Shown here piece after piece: positions 8,868 through 18,550 of a stretch of 64,000 nt of DNA. Under the pieces are notes generated by a model. The model ran no database searches and was not told where the DNA came from. It saw only the letters and a program-made list of their open reading frames with translations. The stretch is from positions 695 to 64,694 of the forward strand of contig NZ_JBQCGW010000294.1 of the NCBI RefSeq assembly GCF_051955275.1, written 5' to 3'. A program made the translations under genes and the position numbers. Position 1 is the first letter of the stretch. Each line of letters starts with the position of its first letter. The stretch comes from Pseudobacter sp. (GTDB lineage: Bacteria; Bacteroidota; Bacteroidia; Chitinophagales; Chitinophagaceae).

Positions 8868-9839
8868 ATGAAAAAGATTAAGTATTACTATAATACCAAT
8901 ACGCTTCGTTACGAGAAGCTTGAAACACCCCTGCGGGTAAAACTCCTCCGCGTATTGGGTTTCATTTCCGCCGCCATCGTTACCGCCATCATCATTGTAT
9001 CAATCGCCTACCGGTATTTCCCTTCTGCCAATGAAAAGAAGCTGATGGCCGAGAACGAAAAACTGGAAGAACAATACGAAACCCTGGAAGGCGCGGCGAA
9101 GAAATTATCACAGCGACTGACCGAACTCGAAAACCGGGATAACGATATCTACCGTACCATTTTTGAGGCCAATCCCATCCCGGACAGCATCCGCGCCCTG
9201 GAAATTGCACAGCAGAAAGAATGGAAACTGGTAAACAGTATGACCAGTTCCGAACTGGAAAACTCTATTGTTCAGACCCTCAATAACCTGAACAACCGGA
9301 TGAATAACCAGGACAAGTCCTACAGCGATATCACAAAATTCATCAGTAATAAAGAAGAGCTCCTCGCCTGTACACCGGCCATCCAGCCTGTAAGCAACTC
9401 TGATCTGAAAAGGGTGGCTTCCGGCTTCGGCAGCCGTATCGACCCGGTGTACAAAACCATCAAGTTCCATGCGGGGCTCGACTTCTCCGCTCCACAGGGT
9501 ACACCCATTTATGCCACCGCCAATGGCACTATCAGAACAGCCGGCAACCTGGGTAATGGGTACGGTAACTACGTGGTTATCAATCATGGTTACGGGTACG
9601 AGACGCTTTACGGGCATATGTTCAAGGTAAAAGTGAAAGGCGGTCAGCGTGTAAAGCGTGGTGAGATCATCGGATGGGTAGGCAGCACCGGTAAGTCCAC
9701 CGGCCCTCACTGCCACTATGAGGTGCATAAAAATGGCCGTCCCATCGATCCCATTTACTTCTTTTATAATGACCTCACTCCTGAGCAATTCGACAGGATG
9801 CTGAAAATGGCTGCAAGTAGCAACCAAAGCTTTGACTAA
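8868..9839 (+). CDS. M23-family metallopeptidase (membrane-anchored, coiled-coil linker)
   Basis: M23 catalytic motifs HAGLDFSAPQGTPIYA and STGPHCHYEV. One N-terminal TM helix is present. Confidence 0.85.
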   Translation: MKKIKYYYNTNTLRYEKLETPLRVKLLRVLGFISAAIVTAIIIVSIAYRYFPSANEKKLMAENEKLEEQYETLEGAAKKLSQRLTELENRDNDIYRTIFEANPIPDSIRALEIAQQKEWKLVNSMTSSELENSIVQTLNNLNNRMNNQDKSYSDITKFISNKEELLACTPAIQPVSNSDLKRVASGFGSRIDPVYKTIKFHAGLDFSAPQGTPIYATANGTIRTAGNLGNGYGNYVVINHGYGYETLYGHMFKVKVKGGQRVKRGEIIGWVGSTGKSTGPHCHYEVHKNGRPIDPIYFFYNDLTPEQFDRMLKMAASSNQSFD

Positions 9840-9881
9840 CAAGCAGGTTTGACAATATTGTGACCCTGCCCGTCAACCTTA

Positions 9882-9913
9882 TTGGGAAGTTATGCGTTGT
9901 AGGTGTACATTTG
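9882..9913 (+). promoter_or_regulatory. Candidate promoter of the AraC-family regulator (TTG-N21-TACATTTG)
   Basis: TTG at 9882-9884 and a perfect TAnnTTTG box at 9906-9913. This places the transcription start downstream of the track's ATG at 9892. Confidence 0.5.
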
Positions 9914-9924
9914 CAACGCCGTTT

Positions 9925-10878
9925 ATGCACCATCCGCCCGACATATTAACGCTGGCTTACAAGCAGCCCATCATGCAGGACCAATTAAATGTGTTGCACG
10001 AAAAAGAGCAACAAATCCCTGGTTCTGTGCAGTATATGATCCACCGATACGAAAAGGATTCTCTCTGGAGTATCGAGGATACGGGTATGATGGTTTATCA
10101 TTTCCGCAAGAACGAGCCCAAAGAGAACTATCTCGAACTCCGTTTCTGTCTTTCCGGTAATGTTTATTGCAAACAGAAATCCACCGAGTGCCACCAGTGC
10201 AAGTTAGGTAACAGCCGTAACTGCAATGACCGCGCGGATACCGTTGATGTGCTGAGTTTCCGCTTTTCTCCTGCTCATTTATCGCAGTTTGTTCGTCAGA
10301 ACGTTCCTGCCAGTACTTCTTCCGATGAGGTTCTTCAGTTCCTGCATCCCAACAGCTTTACCAAGTTGCTGAACCTTTGCGGCAGAACCCGTATGGTGCT
10401 GGAAGCTGTGCTGAATCACAATTACACGGGCAGCCTGGAGAATATCTACATCAATGCCCAGGTTCAGATGCTCCTGTTGTACAGCATGGAGTGTATGCTG
10501 GGAGAAGAAAAAGGAGAGAAGGGTATCGAAGTCTTCCAGTGTAAATTCCTGGCCAACGAGGCAGACCGCGATAAGATCGTGAAAGCGCGCGAAATTCTCA
10601 TCCAGCATATCGGCGAGCCAATTACCATCAAGGAGCTCAGCCGCAAAGTGGCCATCAATGAATGTTACCTCAAGAAAGGTTTCAAAGAGATGTTCGGCAC
10701 CACTGTATTCGACTTCTACCAGAACCAGCGTATGGAACATGCGCGTTACCTCCTTTATGAAAAAGGACTCAGCGTAACCGAAGTATCCATGATGCTTGGC
10801 TATTCATCCATCTCACATTTCTCTACGGCGTTCAAGCGTCATACGGGCATCAAGCCTTGTGAATTGCTGTTACATTAA
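9925..10878 (+). CDS. AraC/XylS-family transcriptional regulator (likely regulator of the adjacent heme-uptake operon)
   Basis: C-terminal double HTH (..ITIKELSRKVAINECYLKKGFKEMFG.. and ..LSVTEVSMMLGYSSISHFSTAFKRHTGIKP). The start is uncertain (9892, 9925 or 9973). I chose 9925 because of the promoter box at 9906-9913. Confidence 0.8.
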   Translation: MHHPPDILTLAYKQPIMQDQLNVLHEKEQQIPGSVQYMIHRYEKDSLWSIEDTGMMVYHFRKNEPKENYLELRFCLSGNVYCKQKSTECHQCKLGNSRNCNDRADTVDVLSFRFSPAHLSQFVRQNVPASTSSDEVLQFLHPNSFTKLLNLCGRTRMVLEAVLNHNYTGSLENIYINAQVQMLLLYSMECMLGEEKGEKGIEVFQCKFLANEADRDKIVKAREILIQHIGEPITIKELSRKVAINECYLKKGFKEMFGTTVFDFYQNQRMEHARYLLYEKGLSVTEVSMMLGYSSISHFSTAFKRHTGIKPCELLLH

Positions 10879-10965
10879 TCTGTTGTTTTTTTTCCAACCC
10901 AACATATTTCTTTTCGCGTAAACACTGTTTCCCTTTCCAGTAACCTGTTCACCCGCCTCTCCATT

Positions 10966-10973
10966 TAATTTTG
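10966..10973 (+). promoter_or_regulatory. Candidate -7 box (TAATTTTG) of the heme-uptake operon
   Basis: Perfect TAnnTTTG match 132 nt upstream of the receptor ATG. No clear -33 TTG is present. Confidence 0.35.
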
Positions 10974-11104
10974 TACCTCCACATTATGCCAGGCCGGTTC
11001 TAACCCTTCTGCCTGGATTGTTATCAATTGAACTTATTGTCTGCAAACTCACGAAGCACTGCATCGGTTGGTGCCGGGCTTTGCTTGCAATTAAACACCT
11101 GAAC

Positions 11105-13186
11105 ATGCGTACAATTATTACAGGATCATTCTTTGGGATCATCCTATCGATGGCTGGAAATACGGAGGCGGCTGCTCAAAAGGCGGCGAAAGATAGTGTA
11201 CCCGTTCGCGTTAGTGCGTTGCAGGAGGTGGTAGTAACCGGACAATACCAGCCACAATCATTACGTAAATCCGTATACCAGGTTCGCACCATTACGGCTG
11301 ACCGCATATCGAGGCAGGGTGCTACCAGTCTTACAGGGGTATTGAACAATGAGCTGGGCATCCGTTTCTCTAACGACAGAACACTTGGAACAACTGATAT
11401 AGAACTGATGGGAATGAGTGGCAGGAATGTAAAGATCCTGCTGGATGGTGTACCCCTGGTTGACCGGGGAGATACACGTGAAAGCCTAAACCAGATTGAT
11501 GTTCACACTATTGAAAAGGTTGAGATCGTGGAAGGGCCGATGTCGGTTTCTTATGGCTCCGATGCACTGGCAGGTGTGATCAATATCATCACTAAAAAGG
11601 GAAGCAAGAGTAAGCTCTCCGTTTCTGCAGGTGCGCAGGAAGAGTCGGCAGGAAGTGAATACGAGCCCGGACTAAATAAAGGAGTACATAACCAATACCT
11701 GAACCTAAGCTGGCAAAAAAACAACTGGACCATCTCTGCTGGTGGAGCGCACAATGATTTTGGCGGTTGGAAAGAAGGAAGGGATTCTCTGGCAGATAAA
11801 AGGGAATGGCATCCTAAAGAACAGTGGCTGGGCAATGCAAGATTGGGATACCATAATAGTAAGTTCAATACCTGGTACAGGCTGGATGCATTAACGGAGA
11901 CCATCAACAGTATGGGTTCCATCTTTCAGGCAACCAATACTGCAAGAGATCAGAATTATTATACGCACCGCTATCTGCACCAGGTGCAGGCAGATTACAA
12001 TATGAATGAGCGTCTGCAATGGAATGCACTGGCTGCTTATACGGATTATTCAAGAAGAACGCAGACGTCCCTGCTGGATCTGAATACGGGTAAATCAACA
12101 TTGTCGCAGGGAGATGGTGAGCAGGATAAGGCAACTTTCAACAGCCTGGCGGGCAGGATCACTGCGCAGTATAGGATCTCTGAGAAGCTGTCGGTGCAAC
12201 CAGGACTTGATTACAACAGGGAATCAGCCAGGGGGGCAAGGATCAGCGGAACGCCTTCCATTACTGATTTTGCAATATTCGCTTCGGCGGAATGGCGTAT
12301 TGTGGCGGGAGTCAATATACGCCCCGGGATCAGATTTATACGTAACTCCGTATATGATGCTCCACCGGTAGTTCCATCAGTGAATACCAAATTCGATCTT
12401 GGAAAGAATTTCGATCTGCGTGTGGCATATGCGCGGGGATTCCGTTCTCCTGCATTGCGCGAGTTGTATTTCTATTTCTTCGACGCCAGTCATTCCATCA
12501 AGGGTAATACCAACCTGAAAGCCGAGTATTCAAACAGTTTCAACGGATCGCTTACCTGGCATCCTGCACCTGATAAAGAACTGAAGTTAAAAGCCACTGT
12601 GGGAGCATTCTACAATGAGTTCAGGAATCAGATCAACTATGGCGCAGATGCTTCTGTGCCCGATGTGCTGACCTATATCAATATCGACAGGTTCAAAACA
12701 ACCGGCGGTACGCTCAGCACTACACTGAATTACAAATCATGGCAGCTGAATGCAGGGTTCTCTATGATCGGTCGCTACAACAACCTGTCAGATAACAGCA
12801 ATTATGAAAAGGATGATCTTCCTTCTTTTGTGTGGAGCCCGGAAGCGAATGCCAACCTGTTGTATGATATTCAGAAGATAGGCACCAGGGTCAGCCTGTT
12901 CTACAAGTTCACGGGGAAGCGTCCTGTTTACCAGACGATGACAGCAAACGGACAAACAGTAGCTGCAAGAGCGGAAACGGCCAGCTTTTCCTGGGCCGAT
13001 GCCACAATCAGCAAGTCACTCGGGAAATTCATCACCCTTAATGGCGGCGTGAAAAATATTTTCAATGTAACCACCCTGTCCAGCAATGTGGGAGACACAG
13101 GTGCAGCGCACAGTTCAGGTGGAGACCTGCCACTGAGCTACGGACGCTCCTGGTTTGTGGGGCTTGCATTTCAATGGAATCAATAA
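11105..13186 (+). CDS. TonB-dependent outer-membrane heme/hemoglobin receptor
   Basis: Plug and barrel architecture with a terminal ..FVGLAFQWNQ. The heme-receptor signature FRAP...H...NPNL is present as FRSPALRELYFYFFDASHSIKGNTNLKAE (nt 12440-12517). I prefer the ATG at 11105 (MRTIITGSFF.. signal peptide). Confidence 0.85.
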   Translation: MRTIITGSFFGIILSMAGNTEAAAQKAAKDSVPVRVSALQEVVVTGQYQPQSLRKSVYQVRTITADRISRQGATSLTGVLNNELGIRFSNDRTLGTTDIELMGMSGRNVKILLDGVPLVDRGDTRESLNQIDVHTIEKVEIVEGPMSVSYGSDALAGVINIITKKGSKSKLSVSAGAQEESAGSEYEPGLNKGVHNQYLNLSWQKNNWTISAGGAHNDFGGWKEGRDSLADKREWHPKEQWLGNARLGYHNSKFNTWYRLDALTETINSMGSIFQATNTARDQNYYTHRYLHQVQADYNMNERLQWNALAAYTDYSRRTQTSLLDLNTGKSTLSQGDGEQDKATFNSLAGRITAQYRISEKLSVQPGLDYNRESARGARISGTPSITDFAIFASAEWRIVAGVNIRPGIRFIRNSVYDAPPVVPSVNTKFDLGKNFDLRVAYARGFRSPALRELYFYFFDASHSIKGNTNLKAEYSNSFNGSLTWHPAPDKELKLKATVGAFYNEFRNQINYGADASVPDVLTYINIDRFKTTGGTLSTTLNYKSWQLNAGFSMIGRYNNLSDNSNYEKDDLPSFVWSPEANANLLYDIQKIGTRVSLFYKFTGKRPVYQTMTANGQTVAARAETASFSWADATISKSLGKFITLNGGVKNIFNVTTLSSNVGDTGAAHSSGGDLPLSYGRSWFVGLAFQWNQ

Positions 13187-13210
13187 TAAATCATCTTAAT
13201 AAACACACCC

Positions 13211-14593
13211 ATGTTATTTAGAATTACAGCCCTGATGTTGATGCTCACTACCGTATTTTCTGCCTGTGAAAAAGACGATCCACCAATGGCTGATAACCTC
13301 ATTCAGTTTGAAGCTGCTGACCAGGGCCTCGGAACTGATGTGAATTCAAAAGATATTACCATTAAGTTATCACGCAATTCAGATGCTGCCATTCCTGTAA
13401 CTGTTGAGCTTACAGAAACCGGCGTTGTCTACGGAACTCATTATACTACCTCGCCTGCTGCAGCAGCTGGTATTATCACACTCACAATTCCTGCGGGTAG
13501 CAACAGCGTGTCTTTCAACGTTACTAAAAAGGCTGATATCCTGCTGAATGGAGATGAGTCTGTCAGCTTCAATATTAAAGCGGCTGGTACTCCGGTTGGG
13601 CAAACAACCAAACTGAAACTGTCCTTCGGTTCTATCGTTTCTACGGGTACAAGCCTGGAGTTGAATGGCGGTGAAGGAGGGTCATCTGCTGTCAATCACG
13701 TATTTGTTGACTTCAGCAATAATGTGCAAACAGCAGTTAACCGTAAGGTCTACGACCTGAAATTCGCTTCCGGCGCTGATTGGCGCGTATTGCTGAACAA
13801 TGTTGCCGGATGGGCTGCCGTAAAGACGAATAAAACTGATATCAATGCCGTGAATGAAGGCGATGTAACACTGGCCAGCATGCAGATCGGTTATGGCTTC
13901 GGAACGCTCGCCATGATCGATGATGTGGAAGGAGATATTACAAAGAATGCCATGGGCGAAGTTTCGGCTACAGAATCTGACAACAAGGTGTTCCTTGTCA
14001 GCACTGCCGGCGCTACATTCACACCACCTGCCATCACTGCCATCAAAAAAATACGCGTGCTGCGTAACGCAAACGGATATACGCTTCAGTACGCCGATAT
14101 CAATGCCACTACTTTCCAGACGCTGACCATTGAAAAGAACAGCGCTTACAATTTCCGCTTTGCTTCTTTTGCAACTGGCGTGGTAAGTGTAGAGCCTGCA
14201 AAAGACCGCTGGGATATCGTTTGGGGATGGAGCTTCTACAAAGCATTTGATGACGTAACCAGCAAGTGGATCCCTTATGCATACTCAGATCTCGTATTCT
14301 CCAACAGGTCCGGAAATGTTCAGGCTGCTGAAGTACTTACTTCCACTGTATCCTATGCTGATTTCAAAGAAAGCAATATCGCTGCTGTAACCTTCGATAC
14401 CAGGAGCGATGCCATCGGCGCTAAATGGCGGTTGGCATCTCAAACAGGTGCAGGAGTTTACACAGACCGTTTTTATGTTGTGAAAGACGGGGCAGGCAAT
14501 GTGTACAAACTGAAGTTCGTGAACTTCCATCCCAGCGATGGTGGCAAACGCGGCTATCCCAATATCGAGTACAAACTTGTAAAGAAGGCATAA
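13211..14593 (+). CDS. hmuY: HmuY-like heme-binding lipoprotein with an N-terminal Calx-beta-like extension
   Basis: Lipobox VFSAC. The C-terminal half has HmuY-family hallmarks read by eye (YDLKF.., WDIVWG.., ..FYVVKDGAGNVYKLKFVNF). It lies immediately downstream of the heme receptor, as in hmuYR loci. At 460 aa it is about twice the usual HmuY length. Confidence 0.55.
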   Translation: MLFRITALMLMLTTVFSACEKDDPPMADNLIQFEAADQGLGTDVNSKDITIKLSRNSDAAIPVTVELTETGVVYGTHYTTSPAAAAGIITLTIPAGSNSVSFNVTKKADILLNGDESVSFNIKAAGTPVGQTTKLKLSFGSIVSTGTSLELNGGEGGSSAVNHVFVDFSNNVQTAVNRKVYDLKFASGADWRVLLNNVAGWAAVKTNKTDINAVNEGDVTLASMQIGYGFGTLAMIDDVEGDITKNAMGEVSATESDNKVFLVSTAGATFTPPAITAIKKIRVLRNANGYTLQYADINATTFQTLTIEKNSAYNFRFASFATGVVSVEPAKDRWDIVWGWSFYKAFDDVTSKWIPYAYSDLVFSNRSGNVQAAEVLTSTVSYADFKESNIAAVTFDTRSDAIGAKWRLASQTGAGVYTDRFYVVKDGAGNVYKLKFVNFHPSDGGKRGYPNIEYKLVKKA

Positions 14594-14610
14594 CCCCACA
14601 ACACCAAACT

Positions 14611-15432
14611 ATGAAGAAGACATTCTTTGTACTGTTACCATTAATCCTTCTTTTATCCAACATTTCCAGTGCACAGCAACGCATTGTCAGCCTCAGCGGG
14701 GCTATCAGTGAAATGCTGTGTTCACTGGGGCTGGAGGACCAGATAATCGGAGTGGATGTTACAAGTAACTACCCTGCTTCGCTCAAACAGAAAGCAAGTG
14801 TTGGTCATAACCGGAATATTTCCGCCGAAGGCATCATTGCACTGCGCCCCACGCTGGTGCTGGCAGTGAAGGATGAGCTCAAGCCCGAAGTGCAGGAGCA
14901 GCTCCGCCTCGCAAAAGTGAATCTGCAGGTGGTAAAGCAGGAATTTTCTCCTGCCGGCACCAGGTCACTGCTGCAGGAAGTGGCAAAAATCACAAACACT
15001 GAAGCGAAGGGCAAACAACTGCTCAGCAGTTTCGATAAGGAAATGGCTGCGCTGAAAATTGCCAACAACGGCAGGAAAGTGCTCTTCGTGTACGCACGGG
15101 GTGCAGGTTCCATGACAGTTTGCGGAACAGGTCAGTCACCCGACCAGATGATCCGCCTTGCAGGTTCTGCCAATGCCATGACAGGTTTCGAGGGCTTCAA
15201 GCCGCTCTCTGCTGAAGCACTGGTGGCAGCCAATCCTGATGTGATCCTGCTGTTCGACAGCGGCCTGCAGAGTGTTGGTGGAGTGGATGGCTTACTGAAA
15301 GTCCCCGGTGTGATCAATACCAATGCCGGTAAGAATAAAAAAGTGATTTCAATGGACGGGCAGTTCCTTTCCGGCTTCGGCCTCAGGCTGCCCCAGGCTA
15401 TTCTGCAATTGAATAAAAAGATTACCGGTTAG
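14611..15432 (+). CDS. hmuT: Hemin ABC transporter periplasmic substrate-binding protein
   Basis: Class III PBP pattern (RIVSLSGAISEMLCSLGLEDQIIGVD..). Signal peptide from the ATG at 14611. The track start at 14425 overlaps the previous gene. Confidence 0.8.
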   Translation: MKKTFFVLLPLILLLSNISSAQQRIVSLSGAISEMLCSLGLEDQIIGVDVTSNYPASLKQKASVGHNRNISAEGIIALRPTLVLAVKDELKPEVQEQLRLAKVNLQVVKQEFSPAGTRSLLQEVAKITNTEAKGKQLLSSFDKEMAALKIANNGRKVLFVYARGAGSMTVCGTGQSPDQMIRLAGSANAMTGFEGFKPLSAEALVAANPDVILLFDSGLQSVGGVDGLLKVPGVINTNAGKNKKVISMDGQFLSGFGLRLPQAILQLNKKITG

Positions 15433-15434
15433 CC

Positions 15435-16490
15435 ATGAAAAAAAAGTGGGTAACGATAGCACTGATCGTTTTGCTGCTGGTTGTTGTAATACTGGCCGCA
15501 GGCATCGGTGCCATGAAGATATCACCAACGCAGGTGGTGGCCATTCTGTTTGATAGAGCTGGCCTCCACCTGCCGGTGGCCTATGACGAGGGGATGGCCA
15601 ATGTGCTTATGCATATCAGGCTGCCCAGGGTAGTAATGGCTGTGCTCATCGGAGCAGGACTGTCAGTGGCTGGTGTAGCCATGCAGGGATTGTTCCGCAA
15701 TCCCATGGCAGATCCCGGACTGATAGGAATTTCCTTTGGCGCTTCACTGTTTGCTGTACTGGTAATTGTGGTGATCTCTGCATTGCCGGCATTTGCTATC
15801 GACAACCTCATGTCTCGTTATTATCTGCTTAGCCTGTTTACATTCCTGGGGGCGTGCATCACTTCATTCCTGATCTTCAGGATATCCAGAACAAATGGCA
15901 AAACCATGCTGGTTACGCTGCTGCTGGCAGGGCTTGCCATCAATGGCCTTTGCCGCGCAATGATTGACCTGATCACATATACCGCAGATGACCAGCAACT
16001 GCGCAATGCCACTATCTGGACGATGGGTAGTCTTGGCGGTGCCAACTGGCAGATCGTACTTATGCTCTTACCATTCATCCTTACTCCGGTATTGTTGCTA
16101 CCCAGCCTGGCCAAATCCCTCAATGCATTTGCATTGGGAGAGAATGAAGCCGCGTACCTGGGCATCAATGTAAAAAGATTGAAAACACTCATCATCGTGC
16201 TGGCCACGCTTGCTGTAGGGGCATCCGTGGCAGTAGCAGGGATCATCGGATTTGTAGGGCTGATAGTGCCGCATATTGTGCGTACCATCTCCGGCAATGA
16301 TCATCGTTCCCTGCTACTCAACAGTGCGCTGGCAGGCTCAGCGCTGCTCACTCTGGCAGATGTATGCAGCCGCACATTGATCGCACCGGCTGAACTGCCT
16401 ATCGGTATCGTTACTGCCGTACTTGGCGCACCGGTATTTGTGATGTTATTGCTCAAACAAAAAAAGCAGTTGCGAACTGTTCAATCATGA
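15435..16490 (+). CDS. hmuU: Hemin/iron-chelate ABC transporter permease (FecCD family)
   Basis: FecCD motifs (LRLPRVVMAVLIGAGLSVAGVAMQGLFRNPMADPGLIG). About 9-10 TM helices. Confidence 0.85.
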   Translation: MKKKWVTIALIVLLLVVVILAAGIGAMKISPTQVVAILFDRAGLHLPVAYDEGMANVLMHIRLPRVVMAVLIGAGLSVAGVAMQGLFRNPMADPGLIGISFGASLFAVLVIVVISALPAFAIDNLMSRYYLLSLFTFLGACITSFLIFRISRTNGKTMLVTLLLAGLAINGLCRAMIDLITYTADDQQLRNATIWTMGSLGGANWQIVLMLLPFILTPVLLLPSLAKSLNAFALGENEAAYLGINVKRLKTLIIVLATLAVGASVAVAGIIGFVGLIVPHIVRTISGNDHRSLLLNSALAGSALLTLADVCSRTLIAPAELPIGIVTAVLGAPVFVMLLLKQKKQLRTVQS

Positions 16491-17326
16491 TCATCAGTGC
16501 ACGAAACATATCATACTGGATAGGGCAGAAACCAATACTGCACAAACTATCGTTCAGCATCATGCCGGGTGAAGTAACGGTGGTGCTGGGGCAGAACGGT
16601 GCGGGCAAATCCACATTCCTGAAACTGATGTCCGGAGAAGCCAAACCCACCATGGGACAGGTATTACTCAACAATATGGATCTGCATCAGATCCCGGTGA
16701 GGCAGCTCGCAACCATGCGTGCTGTACTGAGCCAGCATTATGCTTCAGGGCTTCAGTTCAACTGCGAAGAAATTGTGATGATGGGCCGTTATCCGCATTT
16801 CGGTGCAAAACCCGGGCTGGAAGACCTTCGTATTGTAAAAGAGAGCATGGAAGAGATGCAGGTGCAACATCTCACGGGAAGAAATTACCAGGCATTGTCA
16901 GGCGGCGAGCAGCAGCGGGTGCAGTTCAGCCGCGTACTGGCACAGCTTAAAACGGCCCGTAACAGTAAAGCGCACTGGCGGAACAGTAACCAGCGGGGGC
17001 TCTTATTGCTGGATGAACCAACCAGCAGTATGGATGTGCTGCATCAGCAGCTTTGCTTATCAAAAGCAAAAGAACTGGCAAATCAGGGATTTACAGTAGT
17101 AGTGATCCTGCACGATCTGAATCTTGCCGCGCAGTTTGCGGATACCATCCTGCTGCTGAAGCAGGGGACGATGGTGCGCGCAGGGAGCGTACGGGAAGTG
17201 CTTACTAAAGAGAATCTGAGAGAGGCCTACAATATGGAAGTTGATGTCCTGGATCCGGAAGATTATGATTTTCCGATCCTGGTTCCTGCCAGGCATAAGA
17301 CAAAAGAAGTTTTACTAAGATCATAA
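16487..17326 (+). CDS. hmuV: Hemin ABC transporter ATP-binding protein
   Basis: Walker A GQNGAGKST, signature LSGGEQQRV, Walker B LLLLDEPTS. The ATGA start/stop overlap with the permease gene indicates translational coupling. Confidence 0.85.
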   Translation: MIISARNISYWIGQKPILHKLSFSIMPGEVTVVLGQNGAGKSTFLKLMSGEAKPTMGQVLLNNMDLHQIPVRQLATMRAVLSQHYASGLQFNCEEIVMMGRYPHFGAKPGLEDLRIVKESMEEMQVQHLTGRNYQALSGGEQQRVQFSRVLAQLKTARNSKAHWRNSNQRGLLLLDEPTSSMDVLHQQLCLSKAKELANQGFTVVVILHDLNLAAQFADTILLLKQGTMVRAGSVREVLTKENLREAYNMEVDVLDPEDYDFPILVPARHKTKEVLLRS

Positions 17327-17335
17327 AAAAACAAA

Positions 17336-18373
17336 ATGGATACAACTATCACTTTGCCACTGAAAGACCAATGGCTGACGCTTCACAAAGAACAACCGCG
17401 TGTGCGCATCCGCGATGGCGCAAAGCAGCTGGGCTCTACAGAAGCCGGTCTGCTGGCTGCTTTTGCAGGAAGCCATGTGATCAGGCTGGATGCTTCCAGG
17501 CTGCGCGAACTGTGGCAGCGAATGCCGGACCTGGGATTTGTAATGGTGCTTACCCGCAACGAGAGCTGTGTGCATGAAAGAAAAGGAATCTTTGAAGAAG
17601 TGACCATGCACGGAAAAAACATGGGTGTTGTGGTGGGTGCTGATATAGATCTGCGCATGCTCTTCCATTGCTGGGCTCATGGCTTTGCTGTATTTGAAGA
17701 TGCAGCAGCCGGATTCAAACAGTCCTTCCAGATATTCGATCAGCAGGGAACAGCTATTGTGAAAGTATTCCTCACAGATCAGAGTAATCAGCAGGCATTT
17801 ACAGATATCGTACGCGAATTTGAAGCCACAATTCAAAGTACTGAACTGATCCCTGTGCCTGCTCCTGCATCTCACCAGTACGCTGATGCCGATGTGGATG
17901 TAACTGCATTCCGCAAAGCGTGGAGCGAGCTGAAAGATACCCACGACTTCTTTCCCATGCTCCGTAACTTCAACGTGAGCCGCCTGCATGCCCTGCGTGT
18001 GGCCGGGGAATTTGCCCGCAAGGTGCGCAACGATGCTGTGAAGCAATTGCTGGAATATGCAGCTGCACAGGAGCTGGAGATCATGGTATTTGTATCCAAT
18101 CACGGCAATATCCAGATCCATACCGGACCTGTGAAGAAGATCGTGGAGATCCCCAACTGGATCAATGTGATGGATCCCCTTTTCAACCTGCATTTACGTC
18201 TCGATCATATCGACTCCGTTTGGATGGTGAAAAAACCAACGGAAGACGGCATGGTGCATTCAATAGAAGTATTTGATGCATCAGGCGAACTCATTGTTCA
18301 ATTTTTTGGAAAAAGGAAACCCGGTTCTCCTGAATTGTCCGCCTGGACGGTATTTGCCGCTGGCCTGCAATAA
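17336..18373 (+). CDS. hmuS: HmuS/ChuS/HemS-family cytoplasmic heme-binding/degrading protein
   Basis: 345 aa with a two-repeat architecture, placed directly after hmuTUV as in proteobacterial hemin loci. The N-terminal ..RIRDGAKQLGSTEAGLL.. matches the family pattern by eye. Confidence 0.7.
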   Translation: MDTTITLPLKDQWLTLHKEQPRVRIRDGAKQLGSTEAGLLAAFAGSHVIRLDASRLRELWQRMPDLGFVMVLTRNESCVHERKGIFEEVTMHGKNMGVVVGADIDLRMLFHCWAHGFAVFEDAAAGFKQSFQIFDQQGTAIVKVFLTDQSNQQAFTDIVREFEATIQSTELIPVPAPASHQYADADVDVTAFRKAWSELKDTHDFFPMLRNFNVSRLHALRVAGEFARKVRNDAVKQLLEYAAAQELEIMVFVSNHGNIQIHTGPVKKIVEIPNWINVMDPLFNLHLRLDHIDSVWMVKKPTEDGMVHSIEVFDASGELIVQFFGKRKPGSPELSAWTVFAAGLQ

Positions 18374-18377
18374 CCGG

Positions 18378-18398
18378 TTGCGTCCCGCAAACTTTTTT
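18378..18398 (+). terminator. Weak terminator/attenuator after hmuS
   Basis: A 5-bp stem TTGCG/CGCAA with a 3-nt loop, followed by acTTTTTT. Confidence 0.35.
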
Positions 18399-18550
18399 CC
18401 ATAATGTGGAAGGTGCGGCCCTGTTCTCAGGGCTGCACTAAAAACTTTTATTGCCCACACTATTCTCATCATATTGTCAAAATTCAATACCCGCGCGGGT
18501 TTGGAAGCTTTAAAGTTTCCAGAACCGTAATTTCTGATTATTTTTACCAG

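Noticed and set aside
11018-11104. N-terminal extensions proposed by the longest-ORF track for several genes (11018, 14425, 18404, 28191, 41248, 41256, 58271, 61357, 8721, 3048, 46852).
   Set aside because: In each case an internal ATG yields a canonical N-terminus (signal peptide or lipobox, or a conserved family start such as MIRIGTRES for HemC). The extension would either overlap the upstream gene or start at a TTG or GTG.
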